From NCBI GenBank assembly GCA_040830765.1, contig JBFOMH010000026.1:1-64000 (forward strand): DNA of 64,000 bases, in the 5' to 3' direction. The stretch's first letter is position 1. Each line of letters starts with the position of its first letter. Origin of the DNA: Puniceicoccaceae bacterium. Lineage in GTDB: Bacteria > Verrucomicrobiota > Verrucomicrobiia > Opitutales > Oceanipulchritudinaceae. The notes beneath the pieces were generated by a model that did no database searches, was not told where the DNA came from, and saw only the letters and a program-made list of their open reading frames with translations. The translations under genes and the position numbers were made by a program. Below, one piece after another: positions 1-8,905 of this stretch.

Positions 1-1025
1 ACACCGCCGTGGGGCAGCCCTTCTACAATAGGGAGGCTGGTATAAAAAAAAGTCCTCACGAACCCGGTGTTGGCCAGGGGGGACCCCCCCTGGTCCGGGC
101 TTGGGAGATTTTCGGACTGGAGTGCCTGTTCTACATGGAAAAGGTCAGTTTCAACCAAAACCCCTATCGACGCCCTTTCATGGAACCCTTCGGGGCGAAG
201 TGTTTTGCCAGTCCCAGTAAAACAACCGCCTCAGGGCGGGCCATTCTGGAGGATGATCCTGATTGTACCGGATCCCTTGGGATTGCTATTTCCGAGGCGG
301 TTGAGGTGGCTGCCCAGAACGATGACACCAACTATTGCCTCGGCAGTGTGCTCAACCATGTCCTGCTGCACCAGACTGTTATTGGTCAGGAAGCCATCAA
401 GCAGCTCGAAATGGCCGGTGACTATCCGGATGTCATTGTCGGGTGTACCGGTGGCGGCTCAAACTTTGCCGGGATTGCTTTCCCCTTCCTCGGGCGCAAG
501 CTGCGGGGCGAGGGGGACGTCCGCATTGTGGCGGTCGAGCCATCGGCCTGTCCCAGCCTGACCAAGGGCAAGCACGCATACGACTTTGGGGATACCGCCC
601 ACCTGACCCCGCTGGTGAAAATGCACACCCTCGGCAGTACTTTTGTCCCACCGGGATTCCATAGCGGTGGCTTGCGCTACCATGGCATGGCCCCACTGGT
701 CAGTCACGTTGTGGCCAATGGCTATAGCGAGGCCCGATCCTACAACCAACTGGAGTGTTTTGCCGCGGGGACCCAGTTTGCCCGCACCGAAGGCATCATT
801 CCCGCCCCCGAGGCGACCCACGCCGTCGTCGGGGCAATTCGCGAGGCGGAACGCTGCCGTGAGGAAGGCAAGTCGGAGACAATCCTCTTCAACCTCTGCG
901 GTCATGGCCATTTCGACATGCAGGCCTACACGGATTACAATGCCGGCAAGCTGCGGGACTATGACTATCCTGAAGAGGAAATTGCCATGGCCCTCGCCGG
1001 TCTGCCGAGCTTTGGCAACGAGTAG
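1..1025 (+). CDS. trpB2: TrpB2-like PLP-dependent enzyme (tryptophan synthase beta chain type 2), 5'-truncated at window edge
   Basis: Motifs GSLGIAISEAVE, LGSVLNHVLLHQTVIG, GCTGGGSNFAG, GGLRYHGMAP, EGIIPAPE and FNLCGHGHFD are typical of TrpB2. The frame is open back to base 3 (TAV...). The first ~80 codons carry many non-conservative changes (see findings). Confidence 0.9.
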   Translation, partial: TAVGQPFYNREAGIKKSPHEPGVGQGGPPLVRAWEIFGLECLFYMEKVSFNQNPYRRPFMEPFGAKCFASPSKTTASGRAILEDDPDCTGSLGIAISEAVEVAAQNDDTNYCLGSVLNHVLLHQTVIGQEAIKQLEMAGDYPDVIVGCTGGGSNFAGIAFPFLGRKLRGEGDVRIVAVEPSACPSLTKGKHAYDFGDTAHLTPLVKMHTLGSTFVPPGFHSGGLRYHGMAPLVSHVVANGYSEARSYNQLECFAAGTQFARTEGIIPAPEATHAVVGAIREAERCREEGKSETILFNLCGHGHFDMQAYTDYNAGKLRDYDYPEEEIAMALAGLPSFGNE

Positions 1026-1106
1026 CGTCGCCAAGTCAATTTGTATTGCCCCGGGGGGATACAGGGATCATTCTGTATCCAACGAAACGCCTATCCCCAT
1101 AAAGCC

Positions 1107-2498
1107 ATGATGCGACTTACATTCCTTGGTGCTGCCGGAACGGTTACCGGCAGCCGTCACCTCGTCGAAGTCAACGACAAGCGCCTCCTGGTCGACTGCG
1201 GTCTCTTCCAGGGACCGAAGAAGATCCGTCTCAAGAACTGGGAACCGTTCCCGGTAGAGCCTGCCAGTATTGACGCGGTCATGCTGACCCATGCCCATAT
1301 CGATCACATCGGTTTCCTGCCGGCCATCGTCAAGCATGGTTTCCGTGGCCCCATCTACTGCACCAAGGCAACAGCCGATCTGGCAGGTATTCTTCTTCCC
1401 GATACAGGCCACCTGCAGGAAGAGGAAGCCAAGTGGGCCAACAAGAAGGGCTATTCGAAGCACAAGCCGGCCAAGCCGCTCTTCACGGAGGACGATGCGA
1501 GGGATGTCCTGCAGTACTTGCAGCCGGTTGACTACGGCCAGCACTTTGAGCCGGCACCGGATATCCGGGGCAAGTTCCGCGACACCGGGCATATTCTCGG
1601 GGCAGGTTTCCTTGACTTGAAAAGCACCACCTCTTCAAGCAGGAAGATCATATTCTCGGGGGATGTGGGTCGCCCTGTGGACTCGATCCTGCGGGCGCCC
1701 GTCCCGGCCTACAATGCGGACTACCTGGTCATGGAATCCACTTACGGGGATCGTCTCCATGAAGAAACCTATCCCGTGGATGACCTGGTCCGGGTGGTTA
1801 ATGAGAGCATGGAACGGGGTGGCGTCCTGGTCATACCCTCCTTTGCAGTCGGCCGTTCTCAAACCCTGCTTTACCTCCTGCGGGAACTGGAGGAGGCGGA
1901 CCGCATTCCGCGGGTGCCGATTTACCTTGATTCCCCGATGGCGAACCATGCCCTGCAAGTGCACCGCAACCACATTTCTGATCTCAACCTGACTTGCCGC
2001 AAGCAGTCGATCGCGGGCGAGCGGATTTTCCATCCGGAAAAGTTGGTTTGCTCTGTCTCCCGTGAACAGTCGATGAAGATCAATTCCGTGCAGAAGCGGG
2101 CCATCATCATTTCGGCCAGCGGCATGGTGACCGGGGGGCGGATTCTTCATCATTTGAAGGAGCGCCTTTCCGAACCGCAGCACACAGTCCTCTTTATCGG
2201 GTACCAAGCGCAGGGCACACGTGGACGGACCATTCTCGAGGGCAAGGAGAGCGTGAAGATGTTCGGCCAGCAGGTTCCAATCAAGGCAAAGATTGAGCGT
2301 ATTGAAGGCTTTTCCGGGCATGCAGACTACAATGAGCTACTGGCCTGGATGATGGGCTTCAACAAGGCTCCCGAGCGCACATTCCTCGTCCATGGCGAAC
2401 CGGAGGCCAGCAATGCGATGGCCGAACACATTCGGCGGCACTTCAAGTGGGACGTCACCGTTCCGGTTGAGGACGACCAGGTTCTTTTGGACTTCTAG
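1107..2498 (+). CDS. MBL-fold metallo-hydrolase with beta-CASP/RNA-specificity domain
   Basis: FLGAAGTVTGS, VDCGLFQG, THAHIDH, GHILG, FSGD, MESTYG, FSGHAD and VHGE motifs. Start moved to ATG 1107. Confidence 0.9.
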   Translation: MMRLTFLGAAGTVTGSRHLVEVNDKRLLVDCGLFQGPKKIRLKNWEPFPVEPASIDAVMLTHAHIDHIGFLPAIVKHGFRGPIYCTKATADLAGILLPDTGHLQEEEAKWANKKGYSKHKPAKPLFTEDDARDVLQYLQPVDYGQHFEPAPDIRGKFRDTGHILGAGFLDLKSTTSSSRKIIFSGDVGRPVDSILRAPVPAYNADYLVMESTYGDRLHEETYPVDDLVRVVNESMERGGVLVIPSFAVGRSQTLLYLLRELEEADRIPRVPIYLDSPMANHALQVHRNHISDLNLTCRKQSIAGERIFHPEKLVCSVSREQSMKINSVQKRAIIISASGMVTGGRILHHLKERLSEPQHTVLFIGYQAQGTRGRTILEGKESVKMFGQQVPIKAKIERIEGFSGHADYNELLAWMMGFNKAPERTFLVHGEPEASNAMAEHIRRHFKWDVTVPVEDDQVLLDF

Positions 2499-2575
2499 TC
2501 CTGCCGGCTGTTTTTAACCGACATTTTACCAATTGAGGCTTGCCGGGCTACCGGTATTCCCCTTACTGCCGGTAC

Positions 2576-3586
2576 ATGACCAGATACCGATCTCTTCTCT
2601 TGTTGGTGGCGGGCTTGTTTCCGCTGTGGAGCGTTGCACAGATTGAAATTATTGTTGGCGAGTATACTCAGTTCAATAAGCAGACCGGACCGGATACCCT
2701 GGTTGGATTCGGAGATTGGTCCGGTTCCGAATTTGGCGATAACTATTCCAGTTATCTGTCCGTCGAGGGGCAGGACACGTTATCCAGCCTGACGGTCACC
2801 GGGCCATCTTATCCGACACCGACGAACATCCCGTTCGACGAGGACCTGTGGGAAATTTTTGGGACATATGGCTCAGCGGCCGAGATGACAACTGCCTTCA
2901 TGCCGGGCACCTACACAATTGCCGGTGTCGGGTCCATCTCCGATACCTGGAACGAATTGCTGGTCATGGAGCAATACAACCCGTTGACTCCCCTCAAGGT
3001 AACCAACTACGAGGCGCTGCAGTCCTTCAATCCCAGCGGGGAGGTGACGATCCAATGGGAGGAATTCACGGAGGGGCAGGGAGAAGGCCCGAACCTCGGT
3101 TTCAATGGAGTTATCAATGTCGAGATTTACGGCTACAATGAATTTGGCGGATACCAGGTCTACGATTCTGAGAACGACACGCCCGACGGCGCATTCGGAC
3201 TTCCGCCGACGCAGACCTCCATTACCCTTCCGGCTAACACCTTCAATGCCACGGACTATTACATAGTGAATATCTTCTTCGCTCGAATCGATACCTTCAG
3301 GGATGCAACAACCCTGATCGACGCCATTGTGGCGACGGTAACTGGTTACGAGATCGAAGTCGACATCTACCAGGAGGGTAACAAGCCCGTTGAGAAGACC
3401 GATTGGGCCGGCTATCCGATAGTCGACAGCCCGCCATCCAAGTATGTTGATACAAGTCCCTGGCTGGGATGGATGATCATCGATGATGCTCCCTGGGTCT
3501 ACAACCTCACACTGGACAAGTACCTTTACGTCCAGGAAGGCTGGGTCGGCCCAAGTGGCAGCTGGGTCTACATCCCGAATTTCTAA
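2576..3586 (+). CDS. Secreted acidic protein of unknown function with Trp-rich C-terminal domain (family A)
   Basis: Sec-type signal peptide (MTRYRSLLLLVAGLFPLWSVA-Q) and an acidic, beta-rich body. The C-terminal ~60 aa align with the tail of the GH16 at 14305-16044. Confidence 0.8.
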   Translation: MTRYRSLLLLVAGLFPLWSVAQIEIIVGEYTQFNKQTGPDTLVGFGDWSGSEFGDNYSSYLSVEGQDTLSSLTVTGPSYPTPTNIPFDEDLWEIFGTYGSAAEMTTAFMPGTYTIAGVGSISDTWNELLVMEQYNPLTPLKVTNYEALQSFNPSGEVTIQWEEFTEGQGEGPNLGFNGVINVEIYGYNEFGGYQVYDSENDTPDGAFGLPPTQTSITLPANTFNATDYYIVNIFFARIDTFRDATTLIDAIVATVTGYEIEVDIYQEGNKPVEKTDWAGYPIVDSPPSKYVDTSPWLGWMIIDDAPWVYNLTLDKYLYVQEGWVGPSGSWVYIPNF

Positions 3587-3672
3587 GCAGCACCGGGCTG
3601 GTGCGGTGACTTAGGGATTGAACCTCCTGGGTGCATGCTTCATTCTGTCAGGTACGTTTAGCGTAACCTGAC

Positions 3673-4359
3673 ATGAAAAAGAAAATCGCACTGGTAACCG
3701 GAGGTAACCGGGGCATCGGGTTGGCCATTGTGGCCGGCCTGGCCCGGACAAATGAGTTTAAAGTACTGCTGGGTAGCCGCTCGCTCGAAAAGGGCCGGGC
3801 GGCTGCTGCACTTCTGGAGGGCGACATTGTCCCGGTGGAGCTTGACCTGGCTGATCGTGGACTGTTGGAGCAACAGATGGAGGCAATCCTAGCTGAGCAC
3901 GGGACGATTGATGTGCTGATCAACAATGGGGCCATCATGAGGGAGGGAACCGTGCTAGAGGTTTCAGCGGAAGCATTTGAGGAGAGCTTGCGCGTCAATT
4001 CCGTTGCGGCATTCGACCTGATTCGGCTGGTTGCTCCGGGAATGGAGGCCGGTGGCTATGGACGCATTGTCAATGTCTCTTCCGGCTGGGGATCGTTCAA
4101 TGAGGGATTGGGCGGCCCGATTGCCTATTCCGTCTCCAAGGCCACCCTCAACGCCATCACTATGGTGTCTGCGCGGGACCTTCCGGCCTGTATCAAGATC
4201 AACACCATGTGCCCCGGTTGGGTCCGGACGGAAATGGGCGGGATGAACGCCGAGCGCTCGCCGGAAGAAGGAGCCGACACGGCCATCTGGTTGGCAAGTT
4301 TGCCTGATGATGGACCAACCGGAGGCACCTTCCGCGATCGCCAGCCCATCGAATGGTAG
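3673..4359 (+). CDS. Short-chain dehydrogenase/reductase (carbonyl reductase-like)
   Basis: TGGNRGIG, LINNG, NVSSG, YSVSK (YxxxK) and CPGWVRT motifs. Confidence 0.92.
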   Translation: MKKKIALVTGGNRGIGLAIVAGLARTNEFKVLLGSRSLEKGRAAAALLEGDIVPVELDLADRGLLEQQMEAILAEHGTIDVLINNGAIMREGTVLEVSAEAFEESLRVNSVAAFDLIRLVAPGMEAGGYGRIVNVSSGWGSFNEGLGGPIAYSVSKATLNAITMVSARDLPACIKINTMCPGWVRTEMGGMNAERSPEEGADTAIWLASLPDDGPTGGTFRDRQPIEW

Positions 4360-4401
4360 GTCCTGCGGGCTATCCCAACTTTTAACTTTTCCCTTTTAAA
4401 C

Positions 4402-5988
4402 ATGAAAAAACCACACCTGATCCCTTCCCTGTGCTTCTTCCTGCTCCCGGTTATCACTTACGGGGCGGCAGCCAGCACTATCGAGCATGTAGAACTGTAT
4501 CCCAGCGGTGCCATGGTTGCCCGGTCTGTCGCTTTGACGGAGGCCGATCTCCCAGAGGTGACCATCGAAGGGTTACCCAGCACCCTGATTCCGAGCTCCA
4601 TCCAGATTTCCACTGGAACCGCGGAAGGTGTTCGTCTCGGGGGCTTTCTCTTCCTGCCGAGAGAGAACGTGGTTGAAGCGGATGATGAGCGAACAGCCGA
4701 ACTGCGTCAGGCGGTTGAGGAATTAGAGGAAAGCCTGGACAGGCTGCGCATTGAACGGGAGGTCCTGACGGTTCGGACCCAGCATTTTCGTGGCCTTGCC
4801 CAAAGTATCAGCAAGTCCCTGCAAGAGGAAGCCGACGCAGACACGTTTGCGCTTGCCGAAAAGGCTTGGGGGAAAGCTGAAAGTGTCGCACAAGCCGGTG
4901 CGGCACAATTGGCCATCTTGAAAAAAGAGGAAAAGAAACTTGGTATCGAATTGCAGAAAGTGAAGAAGGACCTTGGTGAGCTGGTAGGAAAGTTGAACCG
5001 TCTCAGCGGTGTCCTGAAAATCGAAGTGGCGGGCTCTGTTGGCGATCAGGATGCCCTTGAAATCCGCTATCAGGTCCGTGAAGGCGGATGGCAACCGGTG
5101 CATGAGTTGCGGGCCAATCCTGCCGCCGGGACACTGGAATGGGTCTACAAGGCACAAATCCGGCAAAACTCGGGTGAGGACTGGAAGGATGTCTCAGTCA
5201 CCCTTAATTCCGCCAGCGCCCTTTATGCCGGGGGGTTGCCGGAGCTGAATCCACTGATCCTTAACAAGGTCGAAGTGCGTCCCATGGCCAAGGCGCGGAT
5301 GGCATTGGAGTCCTCCTATGACATGGTGCAGGCAGCTCCTCCACCAGCCGAGGAAGCGATGCCGGAATCCACAACGACGGGATTCTTCATGGAGTTGCCG
5401 GAGCCGTTAACACTTGAATCGGGGGAAAGCCCCGTCATCAGGGCAGCCTTTACGAGGCAACTGAAGGCCGATTACTGGTCGGAAGCGGTACCTGAGCTTT
5501 CGACCGATGCCTGGTTGATGGCTGGACTGGTTAACGAATTGGGCTGGCCCATTCTGGCTGGTGATTCCTATTGCTACATCGACGACCAGTTGGTGGCTCG
5601 CCGATGGATGCCGTCCTATGCGGCGGGCGAGGAGGTGGAGCTTTCCCTCGGCCGGAATGAGAAAATGAAGATTGAGCGCAAGGAACGGGTCAAGAAACAG
5701 GCAGAGGGGGGGCTTATCGACAAGACAAAGCGACATGACATCAAATACGAGACCACAGTGGAGAATCGTATGGCTGTGGCCCATCGGATTGTCCTCCAAG
5801 ACCGCTTCCCCATCGGCCGGGATAACAAGATCCAGGTCCGTACGATCCAGCCAAAGAATGTCGAGCCAGAGGAGGGGACGGGCATTTTCAAGTGGGAGCG
5901 GACCCTTCAACCGGGTGGAAGTGACATCATGACGACAGAGTTTACGGTCATTTATCCGGCGGAGTGGGATATTTATCCGCCGCTTTAG
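4402..5988 (+). CDS. DUF4139/DUF4140 (MuiA-like) exported protein
   Basis: Signal peptide, N-terminal IEHVELYPSGAMVAR strand, coiled coil, WQPVHELRA...QNSGEDW and LQDRFP motifs typical of DUF4140-DUF4139 proteins. Confidence 0.8.
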   Translation: MKKPHLIPSLCFFLLPVITYGAAASTIEHVELYPSGAMVARSVALTEADLPEVTIEGLPSTLIPSSIQISTGTAEGVRLGGFLFLPRENVVEADDERTAELRQAVEELEESLDRLRIEREVLTVRTQHFRGLAQSISKSLQEEADADTFALAEKAWGKAESVAQAGAAQLAILKKEEKKLGIELQKVKKDLGELVGKLNRLSGVLKIEVAGSVGDQDALEIRYQVREGGWQPVHELRANPAAGTLEWVYKAQIRQNSGEDWKDVSVTLNSASALYAGGLPELNPLILNKVEVRPMAKARMALESSYDMVQAAPPPAEEAMPESTTTGFFMELPEPLTLESGESPVIRAAFTRQLKADYWSEAVPELSTDAWLMAGLVNELGWPILAGDSYCYIDDQLVARRWMPSYAAGEEVELSLGRNEKMKIERKERVKKQAEGGLIDKTKRHDIKYETTVENRMAVAHRIVLQDRFPIGRDNKIQVRTIQPKNVEPEEGTGIFKWERTLQPGGSDIMTTEFTVIYPAEWDIYPPL

Positions 5989-6010
5989 GAATGGGAAAGG
6001 CACACCTGCA

Positions 6011-8905
6011 ATGAACGACTTCGGGATCCTGATCGGGATTGTTGTCCTGGCGCACATTCTGTTAACCCCCCTGGTACTGGTCTTTGTGGCCGTCAAGCAG
6101 AGGAGGAAGATCCGTAACCTTGAGATTGCCATTGATGATTTGCATGAGCGGATTGAAAGCGGTGCACGGCCGGAGGTTGCGGTGGTTGAATCCGCGCCGG
6201 TAGCCAAACCCGATATAGGAGTGGAAAAGCCACTCCCTGCGCCGGCGCCTGAAGAGAGCAAAACGCCTGACCCTGTAATGGAAGGGCCTCTCCCTGCGCA
6301 GCCGGCGGCTGTCCCGAGTTTCGAAAGCCCGCCCGAGCCCGAGCCTGTTTCCGGACCAGAACCCGAACCGGTGACCAGTCGTATCGTCGAGTTCCTTTCC
6401 AGCATTGGCATGTGGCCGCCGGCGGCGGAGGAGAATGTGAGCCGGGAAACCCTACTCATGCAATGGTGGTTGCCGCGCATTGGGGGCGTCCTGGCCCTGC
6501 TCAGTGCGCTTTTTTTCGCGGTCTACATCAACCAGACGACTTCGCCGGTCTTTAAATGCATTGAGTTGCTGGTGGTCTCCCTGGCTATTGCCGGGGGCGG
6601 GCGGTTCCTTGAAAAGCGCTACCAGCGCTTTGGTGGGGTAGTCATGGTGACAGGACTGGTCATGCTCTACTTGACTAGCGTGGCAGCCTATGTCCTGCCG
6701 GCGACGCGGGTCATTGAGGACCCGCTGGTCGGCTCACTGGTCCAGGCGGTGGTATTGGCCTTGATTTGTGGGATTGGCCTGATGCGGCGGTCGGGGGGTA
6801 TTGTCCTGCTGGCCTTTGCCTTTGGGCTGTTTCTCAGCGTCTTCATGGCCTGGGAAGGCCTGCGTGAAGGAGCCTTGATTGCCGCTATCCTCTTGTTTGC
6901 GGCGGGCCTTCTACTGGCTGGAAAGACAAACTTCCGCAACACCTTGTGGATTACGACCCCAGGCAGTTTTCTTGTCGTTCTGGCTTTCCCGGCGCTCTCT
7001 TTCCTCAAGACGGTGCCCGTTCCAGGTATCCTTTCAACGAACATCTTCATCAACATTGTTTTTGCTGCCGTTGCCGGGTCCTATTTCCTCGGCACCCTCG
7101 GCAAGACCCTGCATGCCCGGATTCTGCAATCCGTCGCTTCATCCCTGGCACTTGTCAGCGTGTTCTGTTTCTTCAGGGTCTTTTACCCGGACTCGCTGGA
7201 ATGGGCGGTATTGGCACTGGGCTGTAACATGCTCGCCTTTTCGCTTCTTGCCTGGGGACTTCGCGGTTGTGGCTTCCTTGCCCAACTGCTCTTTATCAAG
7301 GCGGTATTCCTGATCGGGACCTGGGTTGTGCTCCATTTTGCAGGCGATTTACGTTGGATGGTTCTGGCCCTGCAGACGGTGGTTGTCGCGATTACGGCGC
7401 GGAAGGCTGGAACCATTCCAATGGAGACCGTCACCGCGGCGTTGGCGATTGCCAGTGGTGTTGTCTACCTCGAGGTCTTCAATGGAATGCCGGATTTCGG
7501 GACCTTTGTCTGGTGGATGGCCGTCCTCTATCCTGCGGTCATTGTCCTGGCGTTGGCTTATCTCCTGCAAGGGGTGCAGAAGGGGGAATTCCAATTGCGG
7601 GATCCTTCCCGCAACTGGTTTTATCTTGCCGTGATCCTAACGGCCATTGGTTTCTGGATCCTCTTGGCCGAGTACACGCGCCCTCTGCCGGTAGAGACAT
7701 CATGGCTCTTCGTGGCCGTGGCCTATAGCATGGGGGTTATCTCCCTGGTCCCGGTTCTGTCACGCTGGATGCTGCTGGCAACGGCATCCCTTGCCTTTGT
7801 TGTGGCCTGCCTCTTGTTCATGGATGAACCTTTTTCGCTCATTCTTCTGGCAGCAATCCTTGTCATGTCAGTGACCGGTATCCACTTCCTCAGTACATCA
7901 GAAAAACGATCAGCCGTCTTGGGCCAACACGGAATCTACCTCCTTGCCATTCCGTGTATCGCCCTGTGGGCCTTTCAGGCGATGCAGAACTGGCCGGGGC
8001 AGGGTGCGGTGGCCTTCCTGATGGCGGTGGCCATCCTTCTCTTGTCCGTGGTGCCCAAGCTCAACCTTGCCGGTTCCTGGTCCTTCCTTCCGGTGATCAT
8101 CCTGCTGTTGACGGAGAAGGGCAGTCCTGATGGACTGGGGTACTTCTATGCCGCCTTGGTAGCGGGTCTTGGCTGGCTGGCAGTTCCCGCTGTTGTTGGC
8201 GGAACGCGCATCAATCTCGGATGGGGACGGTTGGGCAAGCTGTGGACGGTCGCCGCTTCATTCCTCTTCTGGCTCTTTTTCAGGGAATTTGGCTCCTATT
8301 ATGACAACTGGCTCGGCGGACAACTCCTGATGGCCGGGTTGGCCATCCTCTTGATGACCGGTGCCAAGTTCTTCCCGGTGACTGGATTCTACACGGGTTC
8401 CCTGCTCTTTGGCGGGACCCTGATGGCGAAACACTTTCTTTCCGTGGTCGATCTTGCCCAGCCAGGTTTGTGGAATAGCCATGTTCTATTATCCTATGCG
8501 GCAATCATCGCTTTATTGATGGTCTGGTATTTCCTGCGGGCCACTCCGGTCGAAGGTCCCGCTGAAGCGCGGACCTTTCAACATGGAGCTTCGCTGGTGA
8601 CCGGACTTCTGTTGTTTATCAATTCCGTGCTGACATTCCACTACAACCAGCTCGGATTGCTGGATTGGTACACCCCGATACTTGCCGTAACCGCCTTCGC
8701 GATTATCATTATCGGGCTTCTGAATGTGGACCGGATATACCGGATTATCGGCTTGTTGGCCTTACTGGTGCCCCTCGGGCGGTTGTTCATTGTGGATGTG
8801 CAGGACGTCCTGCACCGGATTATCGCCTTTGCCGCGGCGGCGGTTGTCCTGACAGTTCTAGGGTACCTTTACCACCGCTTGTCCGAACGCTTGCGGGTTG
8901 ACTAG
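6011..8905 (+). CDS. Large polytopic membrane protein, DUF2339-like
   Basis: N-terminal TM, Pro/Glu-rich linker, then WLPRIGGVL and more than 20 hydrophobic segments. C-terminal RLFIVDV...RIIAF...GYLY pattern of DUF2339. Confidence 0.75.
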   Translation: MNDFGILIGIVVLAHILLTPLVLVFVAVKQRRKIRNLEIAIDDLHERIESGARPEVAVVESAPVAKPDIGVEKPLPAPAPEESKTPDPVMEGPLPAQPAAVPSFESPPEPEPVSGPEPEPVTSRIVEFLSSIGMWPPAAEENVSRETLLMQWWLPRIGGVLALLSALFFAVYINQTTSPVFKCIELLVVSLAIAGGGRFLEKRYQRFGGVVMVTGLVMLYLTSVAAYVLPATRVIEDPLVGSLVQAVVLALICGIGLMRRSGGIVLLAFAFGLFLSVFMAWEGLREGALIAAILLFAAGLLLAGKTNFRNTLWITTPGSFLVVLAFPALSFLKTVPVPGILSTNIFINIVFAAVAGSYFLGTLGKTLHARILQSVASSLALVSVFCFFRVFYPDSLEWAVLALGCNMLAFSLLAWGLRGCGFLAQLLFIKAVFLIGTWVVLHFAGDLRWMVLALQTVVVAITARKAGTIPMETVTAALAIASGVVYLEVFNGMPDFGTFVWWMAVLYPAVIVLALAYLLQGVQKGEFQLRDPSRNWFYLAVILTAIGFWILLAEYTRPLPVETSWLFVAVAYSMGVISLVPVLSRWMLLATASLAFVVACLLFMDEPFSLILLAAILVMSVTGIHFLSTSEKRSAVLGQHGIYLLAIPCIALWAFQAMQNWPGQGAVAFLMAVAILLLSVVPKLNLAGSWSFLPVIILLLTEKGSPDGLGYFYAALVAGLGWLAVPAVVGGTRINLGWGRLGKLWTVAASFLFWLFFREFGSYYDNWLGGQLLMAGLAILLMTGAKFFPVTGFYTGSLLFGGTLMAKHFLSVVDLAQPGLWNSHVLLSYAAIIALLMVWYFLRATPVEGPAEARTFQHGASLVTGLLLFINSVLTFHYNQLGLLDWYTPILAVTAFAIIIIGLLNVDRIYRIIGLLALLVPLGRLFIVDVQDVLHRIIAFAAAAVVLTVLGYLYHRLSERLRVD

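Noticed and set aside
6230..6375. PEPEPV repeats as a DNA repeat element
   Set aside because: The codons differ between copies. This is an ordinary Pro/Glu-rich protein linker.
5407..6480. 357-aa minus-strand ORF
   Set aside because: Lies antisense across two well-supported genes (DUF4139, DUF2339) and has no recognisable features.
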